A stretch of DNA of 64,000 nt from Treponema sp. (GTDB taxonomy: Bacteria > Spirochaetota > Spirochaetia > Treponematales > Treponemataceae): assembly GCF_045657965.1 (NCBI RefSeq), contig NZ_JAZOUG010000042.1, positions 8,210-72,209 of the forward strand. Reading direction: 5' to 3'. Positions within the stretch are counted from its first letter, which is position 1, and each line of letters starts with the position of its first letter. The position numbers and the translations under genes are program-made. The notes beneath the pieces are model-generated. The model ran no database searches and was not told the DNA's origin. It was given only the letters and a program-made list of their open reading frames with translations. This document shows positions 8,232 through 18,183 of this stretch, piece after piece.

Positions 8232-8906
8232 TTATTCAAAAAAATCGGGAAAACTCCGCTCCAATTCCGTGATTTGACCGTACAGACGCGAAAGGTGTTC
8301 TTTTTCAAGCTTAAAAAGACTTTTCGCGTCATTTTTTTTAATTGCTTCGATAATCTGTGCATGTTCTGACTCAACAAGTTTCGGAATTTCATTTGCACTA
8401 TAGCTCAGGATTCTGATTCTGTGGTCGTTGCCAGTGTGTGCAGTCAGTGTTTCCCAGACCCACTCACAATTTGCCTGCGTATACAGAAGATGATGAAGTG
8501 CATCATCAAGCCTGAGAAAACTGGATGTATCATTATCAAGCAGGCTTGCATGCTGCGAAACAAGCATTGCCTGCATTTTTGTAACAAAAATCTCGCGCTT
8601 TGAAGAATCAGAAAGTGTTTTCATACATTCTTCAAGCACTCCAAGTTCCAGACTGATCCGCATGAAGCGCTCCTGACGCAGAATTTCCTTATTTAAAAGC
8701 GATACACGGGTACCTTTCTGCGGAAAAATATCCACAAGTCTGTCACCAGAAAGCCTCAAAAGCGCATCCCGGACAGGGGAGCGGGAAACTCCCAGCTGTT
8801 CGGAAAGTGCATTAATATCAAGTTCCTGCCCTGGTTTATACACGAGATTTGTAATCGAATGCCGCAATGTATCATACACGGATACTTTCGATTCAAAGTG
8901 TGACAT
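8232..8906 (-). CDS. GntR-family (FCD) transcriptional regulator
   Basis: wHTH LSEQLGVSRSPVRDAL...PQKGTRV; FCD motifs DDALH and EHAQIIEAI; last gene of the TRAP operon. Confidence 0.9.
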   Translation of the reverse strand: MSHFESKVSVYDTLRHSITNLVYKPGQELDINALSEQLGVSRSPVRDALLRLSGDRLVDIFPQKGTRVSLLNKEILRQERFMRISLELGVLEECMKTLSDSSKREIFVTKMQAMLVSQHASLLDNDTSSFLRLDDALHHLLYTQANCEWVWETLTAHTGNDHRIRILSYSANEIPKLVESEHAQIIEAIKKNDAKSLFKLEKEHLSRLYGQITELERSFPDFFE

Positions 8907-8909
8907 TTT

Positions 8910-10214
8910 TTACACCGCAAATCCCAGAAGTCTTGGCAGGAAGAGAGAAACCTGAGGAACAAATGTTACAATCAGAAGACCTGCAATCATAGTAAGATAG
9001 AACGGAATCATTGCCTTTGTTGTTTTTTCGATACTGATTTTACCGACACCGCAGCCGACAAACAGAGCCGAACCTACAGGCGGAGTACACAAACCAATTG
9101 CAAGGTTAAAAATCAGCATGACACCAAACTGAACAAGGCTCATTCCACAAGTCTGCTGAACAACCGGAGCAAGAATTGGAGTTACAATCAGAATAAGTGG
9201 TGCCATATCCATAATACAGCCAAGGAAAAGAAGCATTACGTTTATCAAAAGAAGAAGAACAATTTTATTGCTTGAAACTGCAAGAAGTCCGTTGGTAATC
9301 ATTGTCGGTACTTTGAGCAGAGCAAGCAGATATCCGAATCCGCCGGCTGCCGCAATCAGAGAGAATACCATTGCAAGTGTTTTTACAGTATTCATCAGAA
9401 GACGCGGCATCTGAGAAATTTTAAGTTCTTTGTAGACAAACACTGAAATGATGAACGAATAAATACATGCAATTGCAGCAGATTCAGTTGCTGTAAACCA
9501 GCCGGCAGTAACACCAACAAGAATAATTACAGCAGTAAAAAGCGCAAGAATTGCATCAAAACAGATTTTGCAGGCTTCGAAGAAACCGATTGCGTCCCCT
9601 TTCGGATAGTGTCGGACAATACTCATAACAGCACAGACTACAAGGAAAAGAATACCGAGTGTAACGCCAGGAACAAGGCCTGCCATAAAAAGAGCACCGA
9701 CTGAAACACCGCCTGCAGCAACTGAATAAATAATCATGTTGTGGCTCGGCGGAATCAAAACGCCCTGACAGCTGGTTGCAACAGTTACAGCAACAGAGAA
9801 GTCCCTGTCAAAGCCGGCTTTAACCATCATCGGGATTTCGATTGACCCGAGTGAAGAAACATCTGCAACAGCTGAACCAGAAAGATGACCGAAGAACATT
9901 GAACCAAGAACGTTTACATAAGAAAAACCGCCCCGGAACCGGCCGACAACAGCATCAGCTGCCTTTAAAAGACGGTCAGAAATGCCGCCTGCTCCCATAA
10001 TTTCACCGGAAAGAATGAAAAACGGAATAGCCATCAGACTAAACGAATCGACGCTTTTTGCCATCTGCTGAATAAATGCCATAAGCGGAATATGGCAATA
10101 AACAAGTGCTATGCATGAAGAAACAGCCAGTGCAAAAGTAACAGGCATTTTACACAAAATAAAAACAACAAAAGACCCCAGCAGGAGCCAGATTGCAATA
10201 GTCGGATCAAACAT
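8910..10214 (-). CDS. dctM: TRAP transporter large permease
   Basis: AIPFFILSGEIM, SGSAVAD, GVLIPPS, TATESA, TPPVG; start set at ATG 10214, overlapping the dctQ stop. Confidence 0.93.
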   Translation of the reverse strand: MFDPTIAIWLLLGSFVVFILCKMPVTFALAVSSCIALVYCHIPLMAFIQQMAKSVDSFSLMAIPFFILSGEIMGAGGISDRLLKAADAVVGRFRGGFSYVNVLGSMFFGHLSGSAVADVSSLGSIEIPMMVKAGFDRDFSVAVTVATSCQGVLIPPSHNMIIYSVAAGGVSVGALFMAGLVPGVTLGILFLVVCAVMSIVRHYPKGDAIGFFEACKICFDAILALFTAVIILVGVTAGWFTATESAAIACIYSFIISVFVYKELKISQMPRLLMNTVKTLAMVFSLIAAAGGFGYLLALLKVPTMITNGLLAVSSNKIVLLLLINVMLLFLGCIMDMAPLILIVTPILAPVVQQTCGMSLVQFGVMLIFNLAIGLCTPPVGSALFVGCGVGKISIEKTTKAMIPFYLTMIAGLLIVTFVPQVSLFLPRLLGFAV

Positions 10215-10887
10215 TCTCGCCCCCTTCTGAAACTTCACTTACAGCAGCTTCATTTTTACTTGCCCTCATTTCTTCGATAATCTGCTGGTCAGTTTTGTCA
10301 GCTCCAGCCTCACCTTCAATTGCAAGATGACGGTATTTTTTTGCCTCGAACAAATCAAGAAGAGCAAAATAAATAATGAAAACACCGCCAACCGGCATCA
10401 TCATATATTTTGTACCGGCAGGCCACTGAGTTGCCGGAAGAGTGCTGTTCATTGTCATTGTGGCAAGTTTAATACCATAAACAACGAGAATGTATCCAAA
10501 GAAAAGCGTTGCAAGAGTATTGATTTTTGTGATTATAATTCGAACGACTTTTGGAAACATATTGAAAAACAGCGAAATTGAAATATGAAGTCCTTTTTCA
10601 ACACCAATTGCCATTGCAATAAAGGCTGTCCATACCATAAGAAGCAGCGCAAGTTCTTCAGACCACATAATAGACTTATGAAGAACAAGTCGTCCAAAAA
10701 CTTCGCAGCTTACAATAATTACAATTACAAGAATTACAAGTTTTGAAAACTCAAGAAGGATTCTGTAAATGCAGTCAAACACAAATGTAAATGCTGAAAT
10801 AACTTTTTCTACTGCATTAAAACCCGGTTTACAGATTTCAGCCGGTGCAGATTTAAAAAAGTTTTTTATCTTTTCGATAATATTCAT
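10207..10887 (-). CDS. dctQ: TRAP transporter small permease
   Basis: WSEELA...W..F..MA.G...HI motif, 4 TM helices, located between dctP and dctM. Confidence 0.9.
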   Translation of the reverse strand: MNIIEKIKNFFKSAPAEICKPGFNAVEKVISAFTFVFDCIYRILLEFSKLVILVIVIIVSCEVFGRLVLHKSIMWSEELALLLMVWTAFIAMAIGVEKGLHISISLFFNMFPKVVRIIITKINTLATLFFGYILVVYGIKLATMTMNSTLPATQWPAGTKYMMMPVGGVFIIYFALLDLFEAKKYRHLAIEGEAGADKTDQQIIEEMRASKNEAAVSEVSEGGENV

Positions 10888-10950
10888 TTAATGCCCGCTT
10901 ATTAATTTATTAATAACACTAATATACTAAAATATCAGTGTTCCATGATT

Positions 10951-10986
10951 AAAAATACCCCGCTTCAGTTTTTTCTGAATACGGGG
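10951..10986 (-). terminator. Intergenic stem-loop between dctP and dctQ (mRNA stabiliser or partial terminator)
   Basis: CCCCG..TTCAG/CTGAA..CGGGG stem with an adjacent A-run; typical position after a binding-protein gene. Confidence 0.55.
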
Positions 10987-10996
10987 CTTTAATTAA

Positions 10997-12001
10997 TTAT
11001 TTAGACTGAATCTGAGAAATCAATTCTTCGTAGCCTGCACCAAACTGTGTATAGAGTGGAGCCATAGCTGCCTGGAATTTTTCTTTTTCGCCAGGTTCAA
11101 GTTCTGTGATTACAGAACCAGCTTCTTTAACTTTTGCTTCTGAAGCACCTTCTTTAGCAGCCCAGAGTTCACGTTCGATTTTTGCTGATTCAAGAGCACA
11201 TTCCTTGATGATTGCCTGATCTTCCGGAGAGATTTTGTCCCAAGTGATTTTTGAAACCATCTGCATTTCAGGAACGCGAGTATGTTCGTCGAGAACATAA
11301 TATTTAGCAACTTCGTAGTGAGAAACTGAATCATATGAAGGCCAGTTGTTTTCTGCACCGTCGATAACGCCAGTCTGAAGACCTGAATAAACTTCACCGT
11401 AAGCCATTGGAGTTGCACTTGCACCAAGAGCAGCAACCATACCCATCATCATCTGAGATTCCTGAACACGGATTTTAAGACCTTTCAAATCTTCGAGTTT
11501 TGTAACAGGCTTTTTGCTGTTGTAGAAGTTGCGTGCGCCTGCATCGAACCATGAAAGACCTACAAGGTTAGCACTTGAAACAGACTTAAGGAAGTTTTCT
11601 CCGATTTCTCCGTCAAGAACGCGCCACATCTGAGCAGCATCTTTGTAAAGATACGGAAGCTGAAGAACGTTAAGTGATTTTTCAAATTCTGAAAGTGGTG
11701 AAATTGAAACTCGGGTGAAGTCAATTGCACCAAACTGAAGCTGTTCAATAACAGACTTTTCATCACCAAGCTGACCACCGTGATAAACATCAATATGGAT
11801 GCGTCCGTTTGTTTTCTGCTCTACCATTTCGGCAAATTTGTAAGCAGCCTGTGTTGTAGGGTAATCCTGAGCCTGATTTTCAGCATAGCGAAGAACCATT
11901 TTTTTTGCTTCAGGAGCAGCTTTTTTGTCTTTGTTACAACCGGTAACTGCTAATCCTGCAGCAAGAATTGCACATGTTGCAGCAAGTAATGTTTTTTTCA
12001 T
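10997..12001 (-). CDS. dctP: TRAP substrate-binding lipoprotein (DctP family, probably a sugar acid or uronate)
   Basis: Lipobox LAVTGC; GQLGDE, GARNFY, KIRVQ (conserved carboxylate-binding Arg), EVYSGLQTGVIDGAEN. Confidence 0.93.
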   Translation of the reverse strand: MKKTLLAATCAILAAGLAVTGCNKDKKAAPEAKKMVLRYAENQAQDYPTTQAAYKFAEMVEQKTNGRIHIDVYHGGQLGDEKSVIEQLQFGAIDFTRVSISPLSEFEKSLNVLQLPYLYKDAAQMWRVLDGEIGENFLKSVSSANLVGLSWFDAGARNFYNSKKPVTKLEDLKGLKIRVQESQMMMGMVAALGASATPMAYGEVYSGLQTGVIDGAENNWPSYDSVSHYEVAKYYVLDEHTRVPEMQMVSKITWDKISPEDQAIIKECALESAKIERELWAAKEGASEAKVKEAGSVITELEPGEKEKFQAAMAPLYTQFGAGYEELISQIQSK

Positions 12002-12043
12002 ATTTTAAAATCCTCCAATTTATTATGAAAAAAGTATTCTTTA

Positions 12044-12072
12044 ACTATAATCCGCTTTTTTTGAGATGTCAA
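12044..12072 (-). promoter_or_regulatory. sigma70 promoter of the dctPQM-gntR operon
   Basis: Minus strand TTGACA(12072-12067), 17 bp, TATAGT(12049-12044). Confidence 0.8.
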
Positions 12073-12081
12073 ATTTTCGGC

Positions 12082-12110
12082 TAGACTTTTAATGATTTTG
12101 CTTTTACAAT
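12082..12110 (+). promoter_or_regulatory. Divergent sigma70-like promoter for the DUF2804 operon
   Basis: TAGACT(12082-12087), 17 bp, TACAAT(12105-12110). Confidence 0.6.
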
Positions 12111-12135
12111 TATAGAAAAAATTTTAGAGGATATT

Positions 12136-13206
12136 TTGTACACTAGAGAAATCAGAACGCCGCCAGAAAAAATTATCCATAATGGTAAAATTGAATTCGG
12201 CACTTTTGACGGTCTTTTGCGAAAACTCGACATTCGCGGCGTTAAGGCACCATTTGCAGGTTTTCCATTTCCTGCTCTTATAACAAATTTTCGTATTCAA
12301 AGCTCTCTTTTATTTATGTTCAATATTGGTTCATACATTGGAACTGTCGATTTTCTGGATCATAAAATTTTTGGTCATGCAGATGTTGTTTTCTGGAACA
12401 AAGAAAATGGCAGGAAGATTGCTTACCGTTCATTTATGGGACCAAGACGCAGATTTATTCCACATAATATGGAAACAGGATTCTGTGCAAGTTTTAACAA
12501 AAAACGCTATATACGGGTAAGCTGGGATCATCCCCGTGATAAACTTTCAATGATTTTTAATTTAAAAGGCGATTCTTCCCGTCCTTCTGCACAGGCAGCC
12601 TTTATCGCACATTATTCAAATTCAAATTTCAGGGAAATGGCAACAGTTATTCCTTATCCTTCAAAAAGGCGTTGTTCTGCCACGTACATAGCAAATCCTT
12701 TGATTCACGGCACATTATCTTTAGAGAAAACCAGAAATTCTGAAGAAACAGTTCAGCAAAATGCAGACGGACAGGCAGTATTATGCATCAACCGGGCTTA
12801 CTACAATTTTCACTCAAATTCAGAATTTATTATTGCAACCGGCGAAGTTGAAGGAAAAAAAATCACTTTTCAAATTTTTACTACGCAAGAAAACGCCGTA
12901 GATACCGAAAATATAAACAGTAATATTTTATATGTTAATGGAGAAACAACACTTTTACCTCCAGTAACAATTACACATCCATTCGGCTTATCAAAAAAAT
13001 GGATTATTCAGGATTTTGAAAATATGGTCGATTTGACATTCACACCAGTCTCAGATAATCATCGGGATGTTTCGTTTCTGGTAATGAAAAGTCAGATGCG
13101 CACAATTTTCGGAACTTTTGAAGGTGTAATAAAAACAAAAAACGGCGATGATATAGTTCTGCACAATTTTGAAGGTATTGCAAAAAATCATCTTCTCAGG
13201 CTGTAG
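12136..13206 (+). CDS. DUF2804-family protein
   Basis: TTG start with AGAGGA RBS; C-terminal FENMVDLTFTP...IFGTFEG...FEG pattern matches recalled DUF2804 proteins. Confidence 0.7.
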   Translation: MYTREIRTPPEKIIHNGKIEFGTFDGLLRKLDIRGVKAPFAGFPFPALITNFRIQSSLLFMFNIGSYIGTVDFLDHKIFGHADVVFWNKENGRKIAYRSFMGPRRRFIPHNMETGFCASFNKKRYIRVSWDHPRDKLSMIFNLKGDSSRPSAQAAFIAHYSNSNFREMATVIPYPSKRRCSATYIANPLIHGTLSLEKTRNSEETVQQNADGQAVLCINRAYYNFHSNSEFIIATGEVEGKKITFQIFTTQENAVDTENINSNILYVNGETTLLPPVTITHPFGLSKKWIIQDFENMVDLTFTPVSDNHRDVSFLVMKSQMRTIFGTFEGVIKTKNGDDIVLHNFEGIAKNHLLRL

Positions 13207-13237
13207 TCTATTTCTTATTTAATAAACGGGGATTTAT

Positions 13238-15256
13238 ATGGCAGATAAACCAGAAGCAAAATGGGAACCTGGAACTCTCGACAACACAAGACGAAATATC
13301 GGACCGATTGACCAGGACGAAGCAAAAAAAATGATGCAGAAACTTGGCGGTGAAGTATTTGCTGAAAAATCTGCACCAATCGATTATTCTGCCTTTCCAA
13401 AAGCAAAAGAATATTCAAAACGTGTTGTAGGAAAATCTGCTTCAAGTGTAGCTTCTCAAAATGCCAGACAAACTTCAATTCCGGCCGGCGGTAAAATCGG
13501 TTTTGCCGTTAAAGAAAAAAAAGTAAGGCTTGGTGGTTCGCTTCCAGAATTAACTTCCAGAGAACGTCAGCTCATGGACAGAATAATGATGAGCGATGAT
13601 TATAAAATCAAACCAAATTACGGACTTTTCAATTTTGTCAGACGATTCAAGAAAAACGGCAATGAACTGGTCCGCAAAAATTTCATCGAATACAATTTAC
13701 AGAAACATATTGAACATCTTCAGGAATTTATAACAACAGTAAAATCAATAATCCAGATTTCACCTGATACATACAAATCAAAAATACTTACGGCATCAGA
13801 AGACCGTTTCCGCTTTTTAAAAACAGTCGGTTCCTGGACAATGAAAGACATTAAAGCACGATATTTTGATTTACAGGATGTTCAGGACGAATGTACTGTC
13901 GCCATGATGATTCCTTTTGTAAAAACAATTTACCGGGATTTAATAAAAATTTACTATCTTGGAGAGACAAAAATATCCGGCTATTTCAAAGACATTTATT
14001 CAGATCTGGCAAAATATCCGAAATTTGATTTAAAAAAAGCCCAGATGCTTTCTAAAACTGGAATTACCGAGTGGTTTTATGTCTACAGTCAGGTAATTAA
14101 AGGGCTTTACCCGCTTTTAATGCGGATGTCTTCAACAAAATTTGACTATTTCCAGGATTTCTTCCTTGTTCAGACATCAAATATTCTTTCTTTCCTTGAA
14201 CTGACAAAATTTGACCTGCTTTTACCGAACAAAAAAGGTGCAAAAAAAGCAGTCGAAGAAGAAAAAAAAGAAGAACAGAAAACCGAAGAAAAAAAGGAAG
14301 AAAATACAAAACAGGAAGAAAAGAAATCTGATCTTGTCGAAGCAGGTTTAAAACTTCTGGACAATTTATTCCCTGAAGCCGGATTCTTAAAACTCGAAAC
14401 TATGCCGGACATGTTCCCGTATTTCCAGCCGATGTATCAGTTCCGCGACGGTTATAATATGCTTTCACCAGATAACCCGCTTCAGGTAACTGTCACATTA
14501 TTAAAAATTATCGAAGATTTATTCCAGGGCTGCCGAAATATTATTTTCACTGAAGAAAATGAAGATGACGGCACAGGCACTCAGTCAGAAAAACTTTCTG
14601 TCGTTTTGAGTGAATGGTCTTTGTATCGTGAAGTACTTTTTGAAAAATATTACTGCGACCAGCTTAAAAATTTCGTTAACAGTGAATATTCGCAGGGGGA
14701 TTTTAAATCTACCCTTTTCGGTAAAAAGCTCATTACAACCATGCTCTGGCAGACAAAATATAACTTTTTGCCGTATTTTGAATTTGAGCAGCTTCTTCTT
14801 GAAAAGCCGAAAAATGACAGTCAGTACAGACCTTTGTGTATCAGATTAAGCTTCCTTCTGAAATTTTTTACAGCATTATCAAAGAATATCGATGCTGCAA
14901 AAGGACAGGGCATGGCTTTAGGCATTCAAAATCCATGGGATAAATATCATTTTGATATTCCAAACGTAATGTCAAGACGAATGGATGTGCTTTTAGGTGC
15001 AAAACGTATGACAGATTCTGCTGCAACTAATGCTAATCTTATAAAATATTCTCTGCTCATAATTTCTGTTCTTGACTGGTGGGTAAATAATCCTTCAAGC
15101 CCGGCTTATTCTTCTGATTCGACACACATTTATAGAATAAATCCTGCTGACGGTGCTCCTGCCTTCAGTGTTCCTGAACGTGATGATCAGAATAAACTTT
15201 TTGCAGACAGAGTAAAGCAGAATATCGAAAAACAAAAGGCTAATGCAGGCAAATAA
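13238..15256 (+). CDS. Conserved hypothetical cytoplasmic alpha-helical protein (spirochaete type)
   Basis: 672-aa ORF, no signal peptide, E/K-rich linker; abuts slyX (TAA-ATG). Confidence 0.75.
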   Translation: MADKPEAKWEPGTLDNTRRNIGPIDQDEAKKMMQKLGGEVFAEKSAPIDYSAFPKAKEYSKRVVGKSASSVASQNARQTSIPAGGKIGFAVKEKKVRLGGSLPELTSRERQLMDRIMMSDDYKIKPNYGLFNFVRRFKKNGNELVRKNFIEYNLQKHIEHLQEFITTVKSIIQISPDTYKSKILTASEDRFRFLKTVGSWTMKDIKARYFDLQDVQDECTVAMMIPFVKTIYRDLIKIYYLGETKISGYFKDIYSDLAKYPKFDLKKAQMLSKTGITEWFYVYSQVIKGLYPLLMRMSSTKFDYFQDFFLVQTSNILSFLELTKFDLLLPNKKGAKKAVEEEKKEEQKTEEKKEENTKQEEKKSDLVEAGLKLLDNLFPEAGFLKLETMPDMFPYFQPMYQFRDGYNMLSPDNPLQVTVTLLKIIEDLFQGCRNIIFTEENEDDGTGTQSEKLSVVLSEWSLYREVLFEKYYCDQLKNFVNSEYSQGDFKSTLFGKKLITTMLWQTKYNFLPYFEFEQLLLEKPKNDSQYRPLCIRLSFLLKFFTALSKNIDAAKGQGMALGIQNPWDKYHFDIPNVMSRRMDVLLGAKRMTDSAATNANLIKYSLLIISVLDWWVNNPSSPAYSSDSTHIYRINPADGAPAFSVPERDDQNKLFADRVKQNIEKQKANAGK

Positions 15257-15463
15257 ATGGATAAAGAACTTGAAGAAAAATTTATAGCTTTGGAAACAAA
15301 AATCGCATACATGGACGATTTTATTTCAAAACTTCAGACTGAAACTATCAAAAACCAAAAAGAAATCCGCCTTCTGCGTGAAGAAAATCAAATCTTAGCA
15401 GGGCGGATTCAGGACTTATCAGAGAATCTGGAGATTCCTAACCGGAAGCCCCCTCATTATTAG
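15257..15463 (+). CDS. slyX: SlyX family protein
   Basis: LETKIAYMDD...L coiled coil and the diagnostic C-terminal PPHY. Confidence 0.9.
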   Translation: MDKELEEKFIALETKIAYMDDFISKLQTETIKNQKEIRLLREENQILAGRIQDLSENLEIPNRKPPHY

Positions 15464-15885
15464 TCCTTTTTGGTGAAATACGCGAACAGTGCAATAGCCC
15501 AGCCAATTACAATTACAATCAGACCAATTCCGACACCTGTACCAGTAGCTTTAAAGCCAAGTTTTGTTAAATTCTTTGCCCATGGTGCAAGATTGAGATA
15601 ACTCATAAGAACATATACACCGCCAACAATTGAAACAACAAGTGAAATCAATTTTACAGGAAGTTTAGTTCCAGCTGAAACAAAACAGAATACGATACCT
15701 GCAACAGCCCCGCCAAGTGCAAGAATTGAGCCGATTTTTAAATCACCGGAACCGTCTGTAATTGCATTGATTGCTGATGAGCCGCCGCCAAAAAATTTGC
15801 TGGCAGTAAGCGGAAGAAAACAACCGATTACAACAAGTGCCATTCCTATAAGATATAAACTCAGTGTTCCTGATTTTTTTGCCAT
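15460..15885 (-). CDS. Small integral membrane protein (about 4 TM), unknown function
   Basis: GGAGG RBS; four hydrophobic Gly-rich segments; convergent 4-bp overlap with slyX. Confidence 0.75.
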   Translation of the reverse strand: MAKKSGTLSLYLIGMALVVIGCFLPLTASKFFGGGSSAINAITDGSGDLKIGSILALGGAVAGIVFCFVSAGTKLPVKLISLVVSIVGGVYVLMSYLNLAPWAKNLTKLGFKATGTGVGIGLIVIVIGWAIALFAYFTKKD

Positions 15886-15962
15886 TTTTTCCTCCTTTTT
15901 ATTAAATGGTCTTAATATTATAACGCAGTTTTCAAAAAAATAACTAAAAATCTGTTATTATT

Positions 15963-15991
15963 TTGACATTTTAGACATTTTAAATGATAAT
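15963..15991 (+). promoter_or_regulatory. sigma70 promoter of the MCP gene
   Basis: TTGACA(15963-15968), 17 bp, GATAAT(15986-15991). Confidence 0.7.
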
Positions 15992-16011
15992 CAATTATTA
16001 TAGGTACTAAT

Positions 16012-18171
16012 ATGAAACTAAAAAAAGAAAAGATTAAAAAGCAAAAACCTGTAAAAGTAAAAGAACCGCTCGCAAAAAATAAATTTACAAAATCGCTCGC
16101 ATTTAAATTTGTAGCAGCAATTTTTGTTCTTCTCGTTGTATTTTTTTCAGTTCTGGTCGCTGTTTTAAATTTCTCTATCGGCCGGGACAGCATAAAATCT
16201 TATTCCGCATTGTTCAGTACACTTTCTGAAAGAAGTTCTACAGCCCTCACCTACTGGCTGGAAGGCTATTTTAAAGACCTTCGGGTTTTTACAAAAAACG
16301 AAATCTTTCTTGAAGGCAATATCGATGAAATTTATCAGTACATACTCGATAACCCAAGCCTTATCGGCGACGATTTTGAATATGTAGGAATATGCGGTCA
16401 CGACGGTATTCTTTATACATCCAACGGAACTCAATTCAGCGTTAAACACACTGAATATTACAAAGATGTAATCGAAAATGGTCAGGGAAGCAGTATCACA
16501 AATCCTGAAAAATCTCTTGAAACAGGCGAATATCTTTTTTATGTCGCATTACCGGCATTAAACGAAAACGGCACTTTATTTGGTCTGTTCATGGGTGCAC
16601 TTAAAATTGACAATGTTCAGATTGAAATCTCAAAAATAAATGTCGGTGAACAGGGATTTGCCTTTATTTTGGACGGACACGGCACAACAATTGCCTATCC
16701 GGATGAAGGCGAACTTATGAAAAACATTTCCAACATGGAAGATGAAACTACCGGCCTTATAGGATTTAAAGACCTTGCCTATGAAATGGTCATGGGAAAT
16801 AATGACGTTGCTACAATCCAGAATCAAAACACAGGCAAAACAGACTATGTTTATTACTACCCGATTTATGATACAAACTGGTCTTTAGGACTTTCTCTGC
16901 CCGAAAACGAAGTTCTTGCTTCAGCTCACCGTAACGGCATGAATATTGCTGGCTGCAGTTTCGTAATTGCAATTCTGCTTATCATTTTTATTGCGATATA
17001 CATGAAGATTCTTCTTAAACCACTTTTACGGCTTAATTATTCAATCAAAGAAATCGCAAAAGGCGATGCAGACCTCACAAAACGAATCGAAATAAAATCA
17101 AAAGATGAAATCGGCGGTGTTGTCGGAGGATTTAATACCTTCATTGAAAATCTTCGTAACATTATCAGTGAAGTAAAAAATTCTAAAAATGCTCTTCAGG
17201 AAATTGATAATGATCTCCAGAACACCACAAAAGCTACAGGAAACTCAATAGCCCAGATTTCTGCAAATATGAATGATGTTTCTGCTCAGATTGAAAGCCA
17301 GAGGGCAAGTGTTGAACAGACAGTCGGCTCAGTAACTCAAATTGCAAAGAATATCGAGAGCCTTAATCAGATGATTGAAAGCCAGTCAAGCGGAGTTAAT
17401 CAGGCAAGTGCGGCAGTTGAGCAGATGCTTGGAAATATAATTTCTGTTTCTCAAAGCACAGAAAAAATGGCAAATGCCTTTTCAAAGCTTGAAGAATTTA
17501 CAAGAAACGGAATTGAAAAGCAGAATATCGTAAATCAGCAGCTTGCAACAATCGAAGAACAGAGCTTAACTCTGCTCCGGGCAAATACCACAATCAGTAA
17601 AATTGCAAGCGAAACAAACCTGCTTGCCATGAATGCAGCAATTGAAGCAGCACATGCTGGTGAAGCCGGTCAGGGATTTAGTGTTGTTGCCGATGAAATC
17701 AGAAATCTGTCAGAAACTTCTGCAAATCAGTCAAAGACAATCGGCGCCGAGCTCAAAAAAATTCAGGATTCAATTACAACAGTTGTTGCATCTTCAGAAG
17801 AAGCAAAAGCAGCCTTTAACTCTGTAAGTGAAAATATTCAGCAGACAGACCAGCTTGTGCGCCAGATTCGCGGTGCAATGGAAGAAAGCGAAGCAGGAAG
17901 CCATCAGATTACAGATGCCCTCAAAATGATGAATGATTCCACCACTGAAGTCCGTACGTCTTCACAGGAAATGTCAGAAGGCAACAAAACTATTCTTGAT
18001 GAAATTAAAAATCTGCAGGAAGCTACAAAAGCCATTACTGAAAGCATTGAGAGAATGTATGAAGGTGCAAACCAGATTGAAAAAAATGGTTCGACCCTTT
18101 CTGATATTTCAGGCACAATGCAGAATTCAATTCATCAGATTGGAAGCCAGATAGATTTGTTTAAGGTTTAA
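16012..18171 (+). CDS. Methyl-accepting chemotaxis protein (TM-dCache-TM-HAMP-MA)
   Basis: Two TM helices around a Cache-like region; HAMP DLTKRI...DEIG; hairpin [33 protein letters not shown]. Confidence 0.95.
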   Translation: MKLKKEKIKKQKPVKVKEPLAKNKFTKSLAFKFVAAIFVLLVVFFSVLVAVLNFSIGRDSIKSYSALFSTLSERSSTALTYWLEGYFKDLRVFTKNEIFLEGNIDEIYQYILDNPSLIGDDFEYVGICGHDGILYTSNGTQFSVKHTEYYKDVIENGQGSSITNPEKSLETGEYLFYVALPALNENGTLFGLFMGALKIDNVQIEISKINVGEQGFAFILDGHGTTIAYPDEGELMKNISNMEDETTGLIGFKDLAYEMVMGNNDVATIQNQNTGKTDYVYYYPIYDTNWSLGLSLPENEVLASAHRNGMNIAGCSFVIAILLIIFIAIYMKILLKPLLRLNYSIKEIAKGDADLTKRIEIKSKDEIGGVVGGFNTFIENLRNIISEVKNSKNALQEIDNDLQNTTKATGNSIAQISANMNDVSAQIESQRASVEQTVGSVTQIAKNIESLNQMIESQSSGVNQASAAVEQMLGNIISVSQSTEKMANAFSKLEEFTRNGIEKQNIVNQQLATIEEQSLTLLRANTTISKIASETNLLAMNAAIEAAHAGEAGQGFSVVADEIRNLSETSANQSKTIGAELKKIQDSITTVVASSEEAKAAFNSVSENIQQTDQLVRQIRGAMEESEAGSHQITDALKMMNDSTTEVRTSSQEMSEGNKTILDEIKNLQEATKAITESIERMYEGANQIEKNGSTLSDISGTMQNSIHQIGSQIDLFKV

Positions 18172-18183
18172 TGCAAAGCTGGT

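Noticed and set aside
15460-15463. Convergent gene ends without terminators (also 8222/8232, 18171/18184, 57114/57117) as antisense regulation
   Set aside because: This is common in compact genomes and there is no sequence evidence of regulation.
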